This document shows, piece by piece, positions 28,668 to 38,501 of a stretch of DNA of 64,000 nucleotides. A program made the translations under genes and the position numbers. The notes below the pieces were generated by a model that had not been told where the DNA came from, ran no database searches, and saw only the letters and a list, made by a program, of their open reading frames with translations. Each line of letters opens with the position of its first letter. The first letter of the stretch is position 1. This DNA is from Bacteroidales bacterium (GTDB taxonomy: Bacteria; Bacteroidota; Bacteroidia; Bacteroidales; JAGOPY01): positions 12,148 through 76,147 of the forward strand of contig JAGOPY010000005.1 of assembly GCA_017991835.1 (NCBI GenBank). The letters are read 5' to 3'.

Positions 28668-29738
28668 ATGAATATGAAAAAAATTATAAACACCACCCTG
28701 CTTCTGCTATTTCTTAGCCTATTCACCTACCAAATCCAGGGACAAAATACTAATTACCCGGAACCCGGAACCCGGAACCCGGAACAAAAAAACTACTTCC
28801 GCATCGCTTTCTACAACGTGGAGAACCTTTTCGATACGATCGACGATCCGATGACCGACGACCAGGATTTTCTGCCCGGGTCGAGGATTCCTTGGACGGC
28901 TGAGCGCTACGAGACGAAGCTGGATCACCTGGCCGAGGTGATTGCTGATTTGTCTGAAGACCTGCCGGTTGCGATTTTCGGGCTGTGTGAGATTGAGAAC
29001 CGGAAGGTGCTCAACGACCAGGTGGCATCGCCGGCGATCCTTCCTGTCGGGTACAGGATCATTCATGCCGATAGCCCCGATGAACGGGGGATCGATAATG
29101 CCATGCTGTATGATGAAGGGCAGTTTCAGCCGTTAGCGGTTCAGCATGTTGCCGTTGATCTCCCGGGCGATAAGACTCGTAACATCTTGTATGTGAAAGG
29201 CATAAGCAGGAAGACGAAGGGAGACACGTTGCATCTTTTTGTCAACCACTGGCCTTCACGGTCGGAGGGACAGGAGGTAAGCGAACCCAAACGGATCAGG
29301 GCGGCAGAGGTGCTGAAAAGCAAGGTGGATTCCGTTTTTGCCGGGAATCAGCGTGCGTTGATCGTGATCATGGGGGATTTGAATGATGAACCTGCCGATA
29401 AAAGTGTCGGCGGGGTATTGCAGGCGATAGCTCCGGCAGATAAGCCGGCTGCCGGCGTGCTTTACAACCTGATGATACCGCTGCACCGCGAAGGAAAAGG
29501 GACTTTATATTACAAAGATTGGGATTTATTTGACCAGATTATCATCAGTGGCGGATTCTGGTTGAAGCAGAAGGGACTGCGCTACTCAGGCAGTTCAGGA
29601 AATATATTTTCACCTGATTACCTGCTTTTCACGAACAAAGAGGGGTTATCGCGTCCAAACCGCACGGCAGCAAAGGATTACTATGGCGGCTACAGCGATC
29701 ATTTACCGGTTTATATTGATTTGTTGATTAAAAAATAG
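28668..29738 (+). CDS. Secreted endonuclease/exonuclease/phosphatase (EEP) family protein
   Basis: 356 aa with a signal peptide. EEP landmarks: FYNVENLFD, GLCEIEN, HLFVNHWPSR, MGDLNDEP, SDHLPV. Confidence 0.8.
   Translation: MNMKKIINTTLLLLFLSLFTYQIQGQNTNYPEPGTRNPEQKNYFRIAFYNVENLFDTIDDPMTDDQDFLPGSRIPWTAERYETKLDHLAEVIADLSEDLPVAIFGLCEIENRKVLNDQVASPAILPVGYRIIHADSPDERGIDNAMLYDEGQFQPLAVQHVAVDLPGDKTRNILYVKGISRKTKGDTLHLFVNHWPSRSEGQEVSEPKRIRAAEVLKSKVDSVFAGNQRALIVIMGDLNDEPADKSVGGVLQAIAPADKPAAGVLYNLMIPLHREGKGTLYYKDWDLFDQIIISGGFWLKQKGLRYSGSSGNIFSPDYLLFTNKEGLSRPNRTAAKDYYGGYSDHLPVYIDLLIKK
28757..28784 (+). repeat. Heptanucleotide tandem repeat (CCCGGAA)x4 inside the EEP coding sequence
   Basis: Read directly from the sequence. 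It encodes PEPGTRNPEQ just after the signal peptide. The unit length is not a multiple of 3. Confidence 0.9.
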
Positions 29739-29753
29739 CGATTATCAAACAAA

Positions 29754-30206
29754 CTATTCTTTTTCTTTATCGTAGTCGATCTCTTTGACCAGCTTGCCGC
29801 TTTCGTCCCAGAACTTCCATTTTCCCACACGGACGCCTTTATCGTATTTGCCCTGGTAGTGCTTTTTACCGTTCTCGTGCCAGGTTTTCCTCATCCGGTC
29901 ATCTTTGCCTTCATAAAAATAACCTTCGCTCCACATCTTGCCGTCCTCACGCCAGTAGAACCATTTTCCGTGCTTCTTGCCATCCCTGTTGTACTCTCCC
30001 TCCATTTTCTTCTGGCCATTTTCGTAATAGAATATCTCCTTTGCCCGGTATTTGTTGTCGGTTTCGGTCGTATAATACTGCACTCTTTTCGGTTTATCAC
30101 CGGGATAGGTTTCAATTACTTTCTCTTCGTATTTCTTACCGCAGGAAGCCAGAACGACAATCACCAGAAAGAACACTAACTTTTTCATATATTGAGTTTT
30201 ATCCAT
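29754..30206 (-). CDS. MORN-repeat-variant (YwqK-like) lipoprotein
   Basis: 150 aa. Lipobox LASCG. Repeated G.K.G.W..W..NG/DG motifs ([40 protein letters not shown]). Confidence 0.7.
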   Translation of the reverse strand: MDKTQYMKKLVFFLVIVVLASCGKKYEEKVIETYPGDKPKRVQYYTTETDNKYRAKEIFYYENGQKKMEGEYNRDGKKHGKWFYWREDGKMWSEGYFYEGKDDRMRKTWHENGKKHYQGKYDKGVRVGKWKFWDESGKLVKEIDYDKEKE

Positions 30207-31635
30207 TAAACATTATTCTCATTCCCCTGATCTCTTCATTGAAATTTCCGTTAAGGATGCAGGGCTCTGCTTCATAAACCAGGTTGCCATTGACAAACGT
30301 GTGGGTGATCCGCGAACCGAAGGTATGTCCTTCAAATGGCGACCATCCGCATTTGTAATAGATATTATCCGGACGGACTTCCCACGGGTCATTATCATCG
30401 ACAATAGCCAGATCGGCCCAGTAGCCTTCGCGGATATACCCGCGTTTTTCTACCTTAAAGCACTCCGCCGGGGCATGGCACATTTTCTCCACAACGCGCT
30501 CCAGGCTGATCCTCCCCTGCTTCCGGAAGTCGAGCATCGCCGGCAGCGAATGTTGCACCAACGGCCCGCCCGAAGGCGCTTTGAAGTATTTGCCCGATTT
30601 TTCTGCTGCCGTATGCGGTGCATGATCGGTGGCAATCACATCGATCCTGTCGTCGAGCAATGCCTTCCAAAGGGATTCCCGGTCATGGGCCGATTTTATC
30701 GCCGGGTTCCATTTGATCCGGTTGCCCAGCGTTGTATAATCGATATCGGAGAACCAGAGATGATGAACGCAAACCTCCGCGGTGATCCTTTTTTCGGCCA
30801 GAGGCACATCATTTCGGAACAGGACCATCTCGTGGGCCGTTGAAAGATGCAGGATATGTAACCGCGAATTATACTTTTCAGCGAGTTGCACTGCCAGGGA
30901 TGAGGACCGGTAGCAGGCCTCTTCGCTCCGGATGAGGGGATGGGCCATCACCGGCACATCTTCTCCGTAAAGTTCCCGGAACTGCTCCATATTGGCACGG
31001 ATAACCGGTTCATCTTCGCAGTGTGTGGCGATGAGGAGGTTAACCCGGCTGAAGATATTTTCCAGTGTTTCCCGGTTATCGACGAGCATATTGCCGGTGG
31101 AGGCACCCATAAAGACCTTAAGGCCGCAAACCGATCGCGCATCCGTTTTCAGGATTTCATCCAGGTTATCGTTGGAAGCGCCCATGTAGAAAGAGTAGTT
31201 GGCCAGCGATCTCTCCGATCCGATCCGGTATTTCTCCTCCAGCAATTCCTGGGTCAGAGTCTGCGGATTGGTGTTGGGCATCTCCATGAAAGAGGTGACG
31301 CCGCCGGCTACGGCAGCGCGGCTCTCAGTGTAAATTTCACCCTTATGCGTCAGGCCTGGCTCGCGGAAATGCACCTGGTCGTCGATCGCCCCGGGAATCA
31401 GATACTTACCCCCTGCATCCAGGGAGGGAAGCCCGTTAACCAGGTGGAGTTCATCGTTAGGCAATTCCCCATGGATTATCCTCTCAATCAATCCGTTGCG
31501 AATGATCAAACCACCATGGTAAATCTCGCCCTCATTGACAATCCGGGCATTGTGTATGTACCAGCTATCTTTCACTATAAGTCGTTGATCGTTAGTCGTT
31601 TGTAATGAATTGATGATTTTGGATCCGGATTTCAA
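30199..31635 (-). CDS. pyrC: Dihydroorotase (amidohydrolase superfamily)
   Basis: 478 aa; [49 protein letters not shown]. Confidence 0.85.
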   Translation of the reverse strand: MKSGSKIINSLQTTNDQRLIVKDSWYIHNARIVNEGEIYHGGLIIRNGLIERIIHGELPNDELHLVNGLPSLDAGGKYLIPGAIDDQVHFREPGLTHKGEIYTESRAAVAGGVTSFMEMPNTNPQTLTQELLEEKYRIGSERSLANYSFYMGASNDNLDEILKTDARSVCGLKVFMGASTGNMLVDNRETLENIFSRVNLLIATHCEDEPVIRANMEQFRELYGEDVPVMAHPLIRSEEACYRSSSLAVQLAEKYNSRLHILHLSTAHEMVLFRNDVPLAEKRITAEVCVHHLWFSDIDYTTLGNRIKWNPAIKSAHDRESLWKALLDDRIDVIATDHAPHTAAEKSGKYFKAPSGGPLVQHSLPAMLDFRKQGRISLERVVEKMCHAPAECFKVEKRGYIREGYWADLAIVDDNDPWEVRPDNIYYKCGWSPFEGHTFGSRITHTFVNGNLVYEAEPCILNGNFNEEIRGMRIMFNG

Positions 31636-31646
31636 GTTTCCAATTT

Positions 31647-32381
31647 CTATATCTTCCTGTGAATCTTCCTGATATTCCGTAACCGCAGGCTGATCACACC
31701 AAAAATAGCTTCTTTGAAAATCCCTGAGCTCATCTTGGATTGTCCTTCGGTGCGGTCAGTAAAGATGATCGGTTCTTCATAGATCTTAAATCCCAGCTTC
31801 CAGGCTGTGTATTTCATCTCGATCTGGAATGCATACCCGATAAACCGGATCCGGTCAAGATTGATCATTTCAAGGACTTTACGTGTATAACAGACAAATC
31901 CTGCAGTGGTATCGCGGACTTTTATCCGGGTAACGAACCTGACATAAGCAGAGGCGTAATACGACATCAGGATACGTCCCATAGGCCAGTTCACCACATT
32001 TACTCCTTTGATGTAGCGTGAACCAACAACTACGTCGGCATTATGTATTTTCGAAGCTTCGTATAATTTGATCAGGTCAGCAGGGTTGTGTGAAAAGTCG
32101 GCGTCCATCTCGAAAATATAATCATAACCCCTTGCCAGGGCCCATTTAAATCCGTGAATATAAGCTGTTCCCAGGCCCAGCTTCCCTTTCCGCTCCTCGA
32201 TAAAGAGTTGATCGGGAAATTCAGGGATCAGTCTTTTAACAATATCGGCCGTCCCGTCGGGAGAATTATCTTCAACGATAAGAACATGGAACTCCCTGGG
32301 AAGTCCAAAAACGAACCGGAGGATCTTTTCAATATTCTCCTTTTCGTTATAAGTTGGGATAATAACAAGACTATCTGACAC
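31647..32381 (-). CDS. GT2 polyprenol-phosphate mannosyltransferase (Dpm1-like)
   Basis: 244 aa; [28 protein letters not shown]. Confidence 0.85.
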   Translation of the reverse strand: MSDSLVIIPTYNEKENIEKILRFVFGLPREFHVLIVEDNSPDGTADIVKRLIPEFPDQLFIEERKGKLGLGTAYIHGFKWALARGYDYIFEMDADFSHNPADLIKLYEASKIHNADVVVGSRYIKGVNVVNWPMGRILMSYYASAYVRFVTRIKVRDTTAGFVCYTRKVLEMINLDRIRFIGYAFQIEMKYTAWKLGFKIYEEPIIFTDRTEGQSKMSSGIFKEAIFGVISLRLRNIRKIHRKI

Positions 32382-32393
32382 TTATATTTGGAT

Positions 32394-34580
32394 TTATTTA
32401 ATAATCAGTTTGGTATGCGAAATCATCCTGTCACTCGTCAGTTCAACCACATACATTCCTTCGGGCAAGTCATTCACTGTGATCGTGGAGCTACTCCTTC
32501 CATTACAGTTCCATCTATCCGAATATACTTCCCGGCCATCTACGCTAAAAATAGTAACGGACACAGGCATTTTTATATTATCCGGAAACTCAACGCGGAA
32601 CGATCCATGCGCCGGATTCGGATAGATTTTGCAGCTAAACGACAGCGCTTCATCCATACCGAATGAGGTGCTGAAAGGCAGGACTGCTGGTGAAGGCATG
32701 ATATTTCCGTTCAGATCGGCTACCGACTGGATGGTCAGGTTATAGCTTCCGCCCGTCAGTTTGCTGACGGTGAGGTAGAGTTCCGATTTCACAAACTCAT
32801 GGAGCCTGGCCTTGATAACGGTAACTCCGTTATTTACCGAGTAATTGGAAATGTTTTCGCCGGAAGCGGCCGACACCGGTTCGGAGAAGGTAACCTTGAG
32901 TGTGGAATCGTTCAGAACAACAACCGAAAGCACCGAAGGGGCAGAGACATCGCCGCCGGTGGTCACATCGGTCCCAAGCCTGAGCTGGATCTTCCATTCA
33001 TCAAAATCATAGTCGAGTGGCCCTGAAACATTATAGGCCTGACCTTCGGAAGGCTCATATTCGAAAACGCTTGTATTATGTACCAGCAAGTCGCCCGTGC
33101 CGTCATTGACCGTCCACATATAATAGTTAGCCATATAATTATCGTCGGTACATGTAGCATTATTAACCCGGATCAGGACGCCTTCATAGGCTTCGCCGGC
33201 CTGTGAGCAGGTTATCACGGCAGGTGCCGGCAAGGGATGATTTCCTGAAATTAAATAATAATCGGTGATACTTTTCAGTTCCGTCTTCTCATAATACTCC
33301 GCAATGGTTCCTGTTACAATAATGCTGTCGCCGATACTGGGATTTCGTCCCTGGTCGTAAATAAATAGTCCGTTCCATGCCCCGGAGCCATCCTGGAGGA
33401 AATAGTTCGCACCATAATTTCCGGTGACAATCCCGGAAACAGAGACAACCTGATCCAGGTAAGGACTGACCGGGCCTTGTCCCTGGATGTCGTAAATCGA
33501 TGTGAGGGTACCGGTAAATGTTTTGGGTACATAGAAATTATAAATGACCGTGCTGGCATTGTCTGTATTATTCTGCGCCGTTATTTTGAAATAAACGGTC
33601 GTACCCTGCGATTGTGCCGGAATAACGGCTGAGTAGGCATTTCCCGAGCCTTGCATGGTCACATTCTGGTTCAGGTTGCTCCAGGAAGTTCCATAGGCCA
33701 GGGTGGCATTGGTAATGGCTCCGGCTGAAGAAGTGATCGTCGAGGTGATGGTCACCGGTTGCCCGGCAACAGGAATCTCAGGTGATTGGTGGACATTGCC
33801 GATCGATACGCTGGAAAGGGTTGTATTGCCCCAGATCAGGTCGGCAAACTGCGGGTTGTCGATGAACGGATTGCGGTTACGCTGGAAGGAATAAATAACA
33901 TTGTTGCGGTTCCGTTCGAATTCATCGGGCGGGTCCATCTGGTTCCACAGAAGAAGTGTCGAAAGCTTGCCGTGCTTCGGTTCAGGGTATGTATTCAGTT
34001 CATCGACCACTGTCAGGTCGATTTCGCCGTTCTCCCCTTCATAACGGGTGTCCATGTAAAAAATGATGCGTGCTACATCACCTTTGTCCTGGTCGCGCGG
34101 CTCCCAGTTGTTTTCGCTGAAAAAACATCCGATCGCTTCCGGATGGGGTGTTCCGCCGTTGTCGTAATCGAGGTTGCTTTTGTCGTTATTGACCGATGCA
34201 TCTACTGGTTTTAGGTTATGGACATCGCCGTCCATCGGCTGCCAGTCGCCGAAGTCTCCATGAGATTTCGCCCAGATATGCTCGCGGTTCAACTGGTCGT
34301 TTCCGCTGCCGTAATCGTTATTCGGCCATGACTTACCGGTGTAGATCTGGATAATGTTGCCGGGTGTGTTTGGATCGGCATCGCTTAGCTTGAAGATTTC
34401 TTTCGAGTAGAAATAAGAATATACTGTATGTCCGCTGATCACATCGTTGAGGGCCGATTTGAGCGCATCACCCGATTTATTCTCCGTCCCGTTGTAATAT
34501 CCGGTTGGCTGGGCAAATAATCCGGACATCATGACAGACATTACAGTCATCAGGGTCAGACTAACAAAGGTTTTTTTCAT
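32394..34580 (-). CDS. Secreted endonuclease I family nuclease with ExeM/NucH-type accessory domains and T9SS type A CTD
   Basis: I moved the start to MKKTFVSL (34580). Endonuclease_1 landmarks: NREHIWAKSHG, HNLKPVDASVNNDKSN, NRNPFIDNPQFADLIWG. Then IYDIQGQGPVSPYLDQVVSVSGIVTG (OB-like domain of extracellular nucleases) and an Ig-like domain. The C-terminus is IYPNPAHGSFRVEF...GMYVVEL...KLIIK. Confidence 0.85.
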   Translation of the reverse strand: MKKTFVSLTLMTVMSVMMSGLFAQPTGYYNGTENKSGDALKSALNDVISGHTVYSYFYSKEIFKLSDADPNTPGNIIQIYTGKSWPNNDYGSGNDQLNREHIWAKSHGDFGDWQPMDGDVHNLKPVDASVNNDKSNLDYDNGGTPHPEAIGCFFSENNWEPRDQDKGDVARIIFYMDTRYEGENGEIDLTVVDELNTYPEPKHGKLSTLLLWNQMDPPDEFERNRNNVIYSFQRNRNPFIDNPQFADLIWGNTTLSSVSIGNVHQSPEIPVAGQPVTITSTITSSAGAITNATLAYGTSWSNLNQNVTMQGSGNAYSAVIPAQSQGTTVYFKITAQNNTDNASTVIYNFYVPKTFTGTLTSIYDIQGQGPVSPYLDQVVSVSGIVTGNYGANYFLQDGSGAWNGLFIYDQGRNPSIGDSIIVTGTIAEYYEKTELKSITDYYLISGNHPLPAPAVITCSQAGEAYEGVLIRVNNATCTDDNYMANYYMWTVNDGTGDLLVHNTSVFEYEPSEGQAYNVSGPLDYDFDEWKIQLRLGTDVTTGGDVSAPSVLSVVVLNDSTLKVTFSEPVSAASGENISNYSVNNGVTVIKARLHEFVKSELYLTVSKLTGGSYNLTIQSVADLNGNIMPSPAVLPFSTSFGMDEALSFSCKIYPNPAHGSFRVEFPDNIKMPVSVTIFSVDGREVYSDRWNCNGRSSSTITVNDLPEGMYVVELTSDRMISHTKLIIK

Positions 34581-34602
34581 ACTGGCAAGTTGTTTCTGTT
34601 TT

Positions 34603-37368
34603 TTATAATTCGATTTGTAATGAGACATTCATCCTGCGGCCGAGGCCAAAGAAGACCCCTGCAGAATTAGCGTCAAATGTTGAGTTGTGGTAAAGGTATG
34701 AGTCGTTGTTCTGTGCATCGGTTATATACTTATCGTTCAGCAGGTTGAGCACACTGGCCTGTAATCGCAACCCGGCTTTTTTCAGTTTCAGGTAGTATCC
34801 GGCGTGTACATCGACCATAAAATAATCCGGGATCTGCCACGATTGTATAGGGTCACCGTTATCATCAAAGGCCCACGCATTTAGTTCAGGATCATAATCC
34901 AGCGGATTGAATTCGGCATAGTGTTTTCCAAACCACGTAAATGAGCCGCTGGTATAAAGTCCGGGGATAATTTCCCAGCGGATGCTTTCCCTGTTCTGGA
35001 ACTGGGCTGCATCCCCGACTTTCAGGCCACGGGCATCGAAAGGCTTGGTACCGACCTGGATGCCGTTGTCGTCATAAACCCGGGCCGTATCGGCAGATGT
35101 CCAGATCCAGTCACCCAGTGAGACGAGGGCTTCGAAGGAGAGGTTTCTCAATATCTTCCAGGCAAATTCGAGCTCGATCCCGGTATGCCGGGCATTCATA
35201 TCATTGATATTCACGCTGTAATTACGGTCATCGATCTTAATGCTCATCGCCCGGTCGGCCGGTTTGTTCTTCCAGATAGTATAATAGGCATTGGCATTAA
35301 AAGTTATCTGCCTGTTGTAAAAGCTATATCCAACCTCTGCTGCTGTAACTTTCTCGTTCTCTATACTTTTAAATAAAGTATTGTTATAATCATAAACATT
35401 GTTAAATCGTTGGGCTTTTGAAAGATAACCGAGATTTACAAACACGTTCATTTTCTCGGTCAGGTTGTAATTCACCCCGCCCTTTACTGTAAATCCGGGG
35501 ATCCACTTCCACCCTGTTTCATTGGTCCTCAAACCGGGTGAATTCCGGTCATAAGTTACCCCATTGTAAATAACCTTCGTATCATATGCGATAGTGAGCG
35601 TCGTATCGTCCACATCGAGGAGCTTCGGAATAAAGTAATCGACTCTTTTATTACCGGAATAGGAGCCTGTGATATTCAGAAAGGAGCTGAAGTTGCCCTT
35701 CTGGAATTTAACCTGGGCAAAAAGTCCGCCCCAACGCACCAGGCCAAGGTTATGGTAACCGATTATATCTCCTGCGTATTTACGGGTCGTATCATTCCTT
35801 TCATTCTGGTTGCCATCATCCAGGTAATAATTACCGCCGAAAAGATCTTCAATTTCACGATAATGGTCGCCTTTGTAACTTCGGAGGTCGATCCCGCCGG
35901 AAAACGAATAGAAGTCGTTCAGTTCGTAATCGAAAGTTGAAAGGAGCCCGTACCAGAAGTGGTTGTTCATCGAATTACGCATGATCTCCGACGATTGCCG
36001 GTTAACATTGAATCCACCCGGGTAATTCATATTGGAATTGTAATAGAGCTGAAGATTTTGTTGTCCGGTTTCGGGATCATAAACCGGTGTTGTGGAGAAA
36101 GCGCCGCCGCCGCCTGTCCCGATGGATAAATAAATTATATTCGAAACATAGAGCTTATCGCTGACGTTCCAGAAATCGCGCAGGCTGAAGATAGGTTTGA
36201 AGTAGAAATTACTGGCAGTGCTGAGCTCTTTTCTTTCACCGATGATTGCACCGGTATCTGTCATGGTTATTTCGCTAAGGTATCCCCAATTGGGGTTGTA
36301 ACGAAGTCCCATATTGACGGGAATACCAAGAGAATCCAGCTGCCGGATGGTAGCCGGGTCCATGCCGGCTTTTCTGGCATAATTCGAATCATACGTGGCG
36401 ATGTGTTTGGCATAGCTCCGCTGGCCGTGTTTCTGCGGGGCGCCCATGGCGGTAAGGCTGAGAAGGTGCTTTCCGATTTCCTTGTCGATCCGCAGGAAGT
36501 AGAACCATCCTTGGGTCCAGGTCTGGTCGACCCATCCTGTACCGGTCTTGTAAGATCCGGCAAAGGTCACGCCCCATCCGTTTTTGAGCCTGCCGGTGGT
36601 CATTCCGAGGGATGTGCGGAAAAATCCCTCGCTTCCGACTTCCTGCTTCAGTAATATGCCTTTTTTGTCTTCTATGCCTTTGGTCGCCATATTGATCGTG
36701 CCGCCGACAGAAGGGATCGAGAGCTTGGAGGCTCCCAGTCCGCGCTGCACCTGGGTAAAGCGCATGACCATATCGAGGCCGAACCAGTTCGACCAGTAAA
36801 CCCATCCGTTTTCCATGTCGTTTACCGGGATACCATCGAGCAGAACTGCCACATTGCGCTGGCTGAACCCGCGGATATTGATCCGGGAATCGCCATCGCC
36901 ACCTCCTTTCTGGGTCGCATAAACGCCGGGTGTGGCATTCAGGATCATCGGCAGGTCGCGTGAAGCCAGTTCCTCTTCGATCTTCATCGGCGGGATGTTG
37001 GAAAAAGCGATCGGCGTTTCACGAGTACGGGCTACATCGCCCACAACTTCAATCTCCGTCAGAGTGACATTCTTCAGCGAAACATCGAGATAAACGCTTT
37101 TATCGGCAACTTTAACCCGCATGGTCTGCTTTTCATAACCTACGTATGAAAATTCCAGCTCGTAGTCCCCCGGATCGAGCCTGAGAAAATATTTCCCGTT
37201 CACATCGGTAACGGTCCCTTTCCCCGGGGCATAGGTAATATTTACCCCGATCAGCAACTCCTTGGTTGCATTATCGGTAATGGTCCCTGTCACTGTCTGT
37301 TGCTGGGCAACTAGTTGAATGAGGGGGAGTTGCAGTAAACAGAGTAAAATAAAGGTTCTTCCGGTCAT
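34603..37368 (-). CDS. TonB-dependent receptor with CarboxypepD_reg-like N-domain
   Basis: 921 aa with a signal peptide. VTGTITDNATKELLIGVNITY, then plug motifs TPGVYATQKGGGDGDSRINIRGF and LLDGIPVNDMENG, then a long beta-barrel. Confidence 0.85.
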   Translation of the reverse strand: MTGRTFILLCLLQLPLIQLVAQQQTVTGTITDNATKELLIGVNITYAPGKGTVTDVNGKYFLRLDPGDYELEFSYVGYEKQTMRVKVADKSVYLDVSLKNVTLTEIEVVGDVARTRETPIAFSNIPPMKIEEELASRDLPMILNATPGVYATQKGGGDGDSRINIRGFSQRNVAVLLDGIPVNDMENGWVYWSNWFGLDMVMRFTQVQRGLGASKLSIPSVGGTINMATKGIEDKKGILLKQEVGSEGFFRTSLGMTTGRLKNGWGVTFAGSYKTGTGWVDQTWTQGWFYFLRIDKEIGKHLLSLTAMGAPQKHGQRSYAKHIATYDSNYARKAGMDPATIRQLDSLGIPVNMGLRYNPNWGYLSEITMTDTGAIIGERKELSTASNFYFKPIFSLRDFWNVSDKLYVSNIIYLSIGTGGGGAFSTTPVYDPETGQQNLQLYYNSNMNYPGGFNVNRQSSEIMRNSMNNHFWYGLLSTFDYELNDFYSFSGGIDLRSYKGDHYREIEDLFGGNYYLDDGNQNERNDTTRKYAGDIIGYHNLGLVRWGGLFAQVKFQKGNFSSFLNITGSYSGNKRVDYFIPKLLDVDDTTLTIAYDTKVIYNGVTYDRNSPGLRTNETGWKWIPGFTVKGGVNYNLTEKMNVFVNLGYLSKAQRFNNVYDYNNTLFKSIENEKVTAAEVGYSFYNRQITFNANAYYTIWKNKPADRAMSIKIDDRNYSVNINDMNARHTGIELEFAWKILRNLSFEALVSLGDWIWTSADTARVYDDNGIQVGTKPFDARGLKVGDAAQFQNRESIRWEIIPGLYTSGSFTWFGKHYAEFNPLDYDPELNAWAFDDNGDPIQSWQIPDYFMVDVHAGYYLKLKKAGLRLQASVLNLLNDKYITDAQNNDSYLYHNSTFDANSAGVFFGLGRRMNVSLQIEL

Positions 37369-37376
37369 CCTGCGAG

Positions 37377-38363
37377 CTATCTGATAAAGATCCGTTCGGT
37401 ATAAACTGAATTATCTTCCATCCGTACCCTGATAAAGCAGATCCCATGCATCCTTTCGCCAAATTCGTATGTATAACCGGTTTCCCTGCCCGTGAGTTCA
37501 ATGACATCGGTCAGCCTTCCGGTAATATCAATTACTTCTATGGATGTGATGAAATCTTCACCTGTAATGGTTATGGTTCTGTTCAGGGAAGGGTTTGGGT
37601 AGATCCGGACCTTTTTATCCAAAGCAGGATCGCTGATGCCGGATGTATTGCAGTCGCACCGGTGGAATCCCAGTGAGTCGAACGTATTTTCAGGGATGGA
37701 GTCCCATTCCGTCGTGACAACGAAAACATCGGGATTGGTTTTCACTCCATTTTTCACCGATGGTTTACGGATAAGGGTATTATCGGAAGTCCAGCACAGC
37801 CAGAAGAGCGGTCCGACAATATAATCACTGATCGTGTACTGCGTCGGTACTCCACCGCTGTTGTAAGTGATCGTCGTATCGGTGATGCTTCCCCAGCCCT
37901 CGTCATCTTCCAGCATGGGTGGGCCGATATGGGCAAAAATATCCACGATATCGCCGGTGATCTTTTCCAGGGTCACCGCGTCGTTGCCGTTAAAATACAT
38001 CATTTTGTTAACATCATATACAGGGCATAAGAATGTATCGGCCTTGGCCTGGAGTGCCAGGTCGACCATGATCTCCTGCCCGGTGCCACCCGGATCACGT
38101 TTGTCAAGGACGGCGACAAAGGTACTCTTGGGTGCAATGGTGCCGCCAAGCTGAATTTTATCCGGGGTAAAGAGGCCATTACGGTAACGCACCAGGTAAT
38201 AGTCCGATAAATTGATCGGATTATTGGTCGGGTTATATAACTCGATGGCTTTATTATTGCCTGATCCTTCGACATATTCCGAGATGAACAGGTCGGAACA
38301 GTCCTGAGAAAACAGCGACAAAAAAGGCAACACAAATAGTGCTGAAAGTAAAAGTTTCTTCAT
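37377..38363 (-). CDS. Lamin-tail-domain (LTD) protein with T9SS type A CTD
   Basis: 328 aa with a signal peptide. LFISEYVEGSGNNKAIELYNPTNNPINLSDYYL is the LTD signature. The C-terminus is IYPNPSLNRTITI...GICFIRV...RIFIR. Confidence 0.8.
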   Translation of the reverse strand: MKKLLLSALFVLPFLSLFSQDCSDLFISEYVEGSGNNKAIELYNPTNNPINLSDYYLVRYRNGLFTPDKIQLGGTIAPKSTFVAVLDKRDPGGTGQEIMVDLALQAKADTFLCPVYDVNKMMYFNGNDAVTLEKITGDIVDIFAHIGPPMLEDDEGWGSITDTTITYNSGGVPTQYTISDYIVGPLFWLCWTSDNTLIRKPSVKNGVKTNPDVFVVTTEWDSIPENTFDSLGFHRCDCNTSGISDPALDKKVRIYPNPSLNRTITITGEDFITSIEVIDITGRLTDVIELTGRETGYTYEFGERMHGICFIRVRMEDNSVYTERIFIR

Positions 38364-38501
38364 ATGAGGATTGATTTGAAATTTCTGAATTTACAAAAAT
38401 AATATTCCTTTCCTAAATCCATTCAGGCAGTTGATAAATCTTGGATAATATTTACATCCGATCCTGCGGATCCAAACAAAGATTTCAGGAAAAGAAAAAG
38501 A

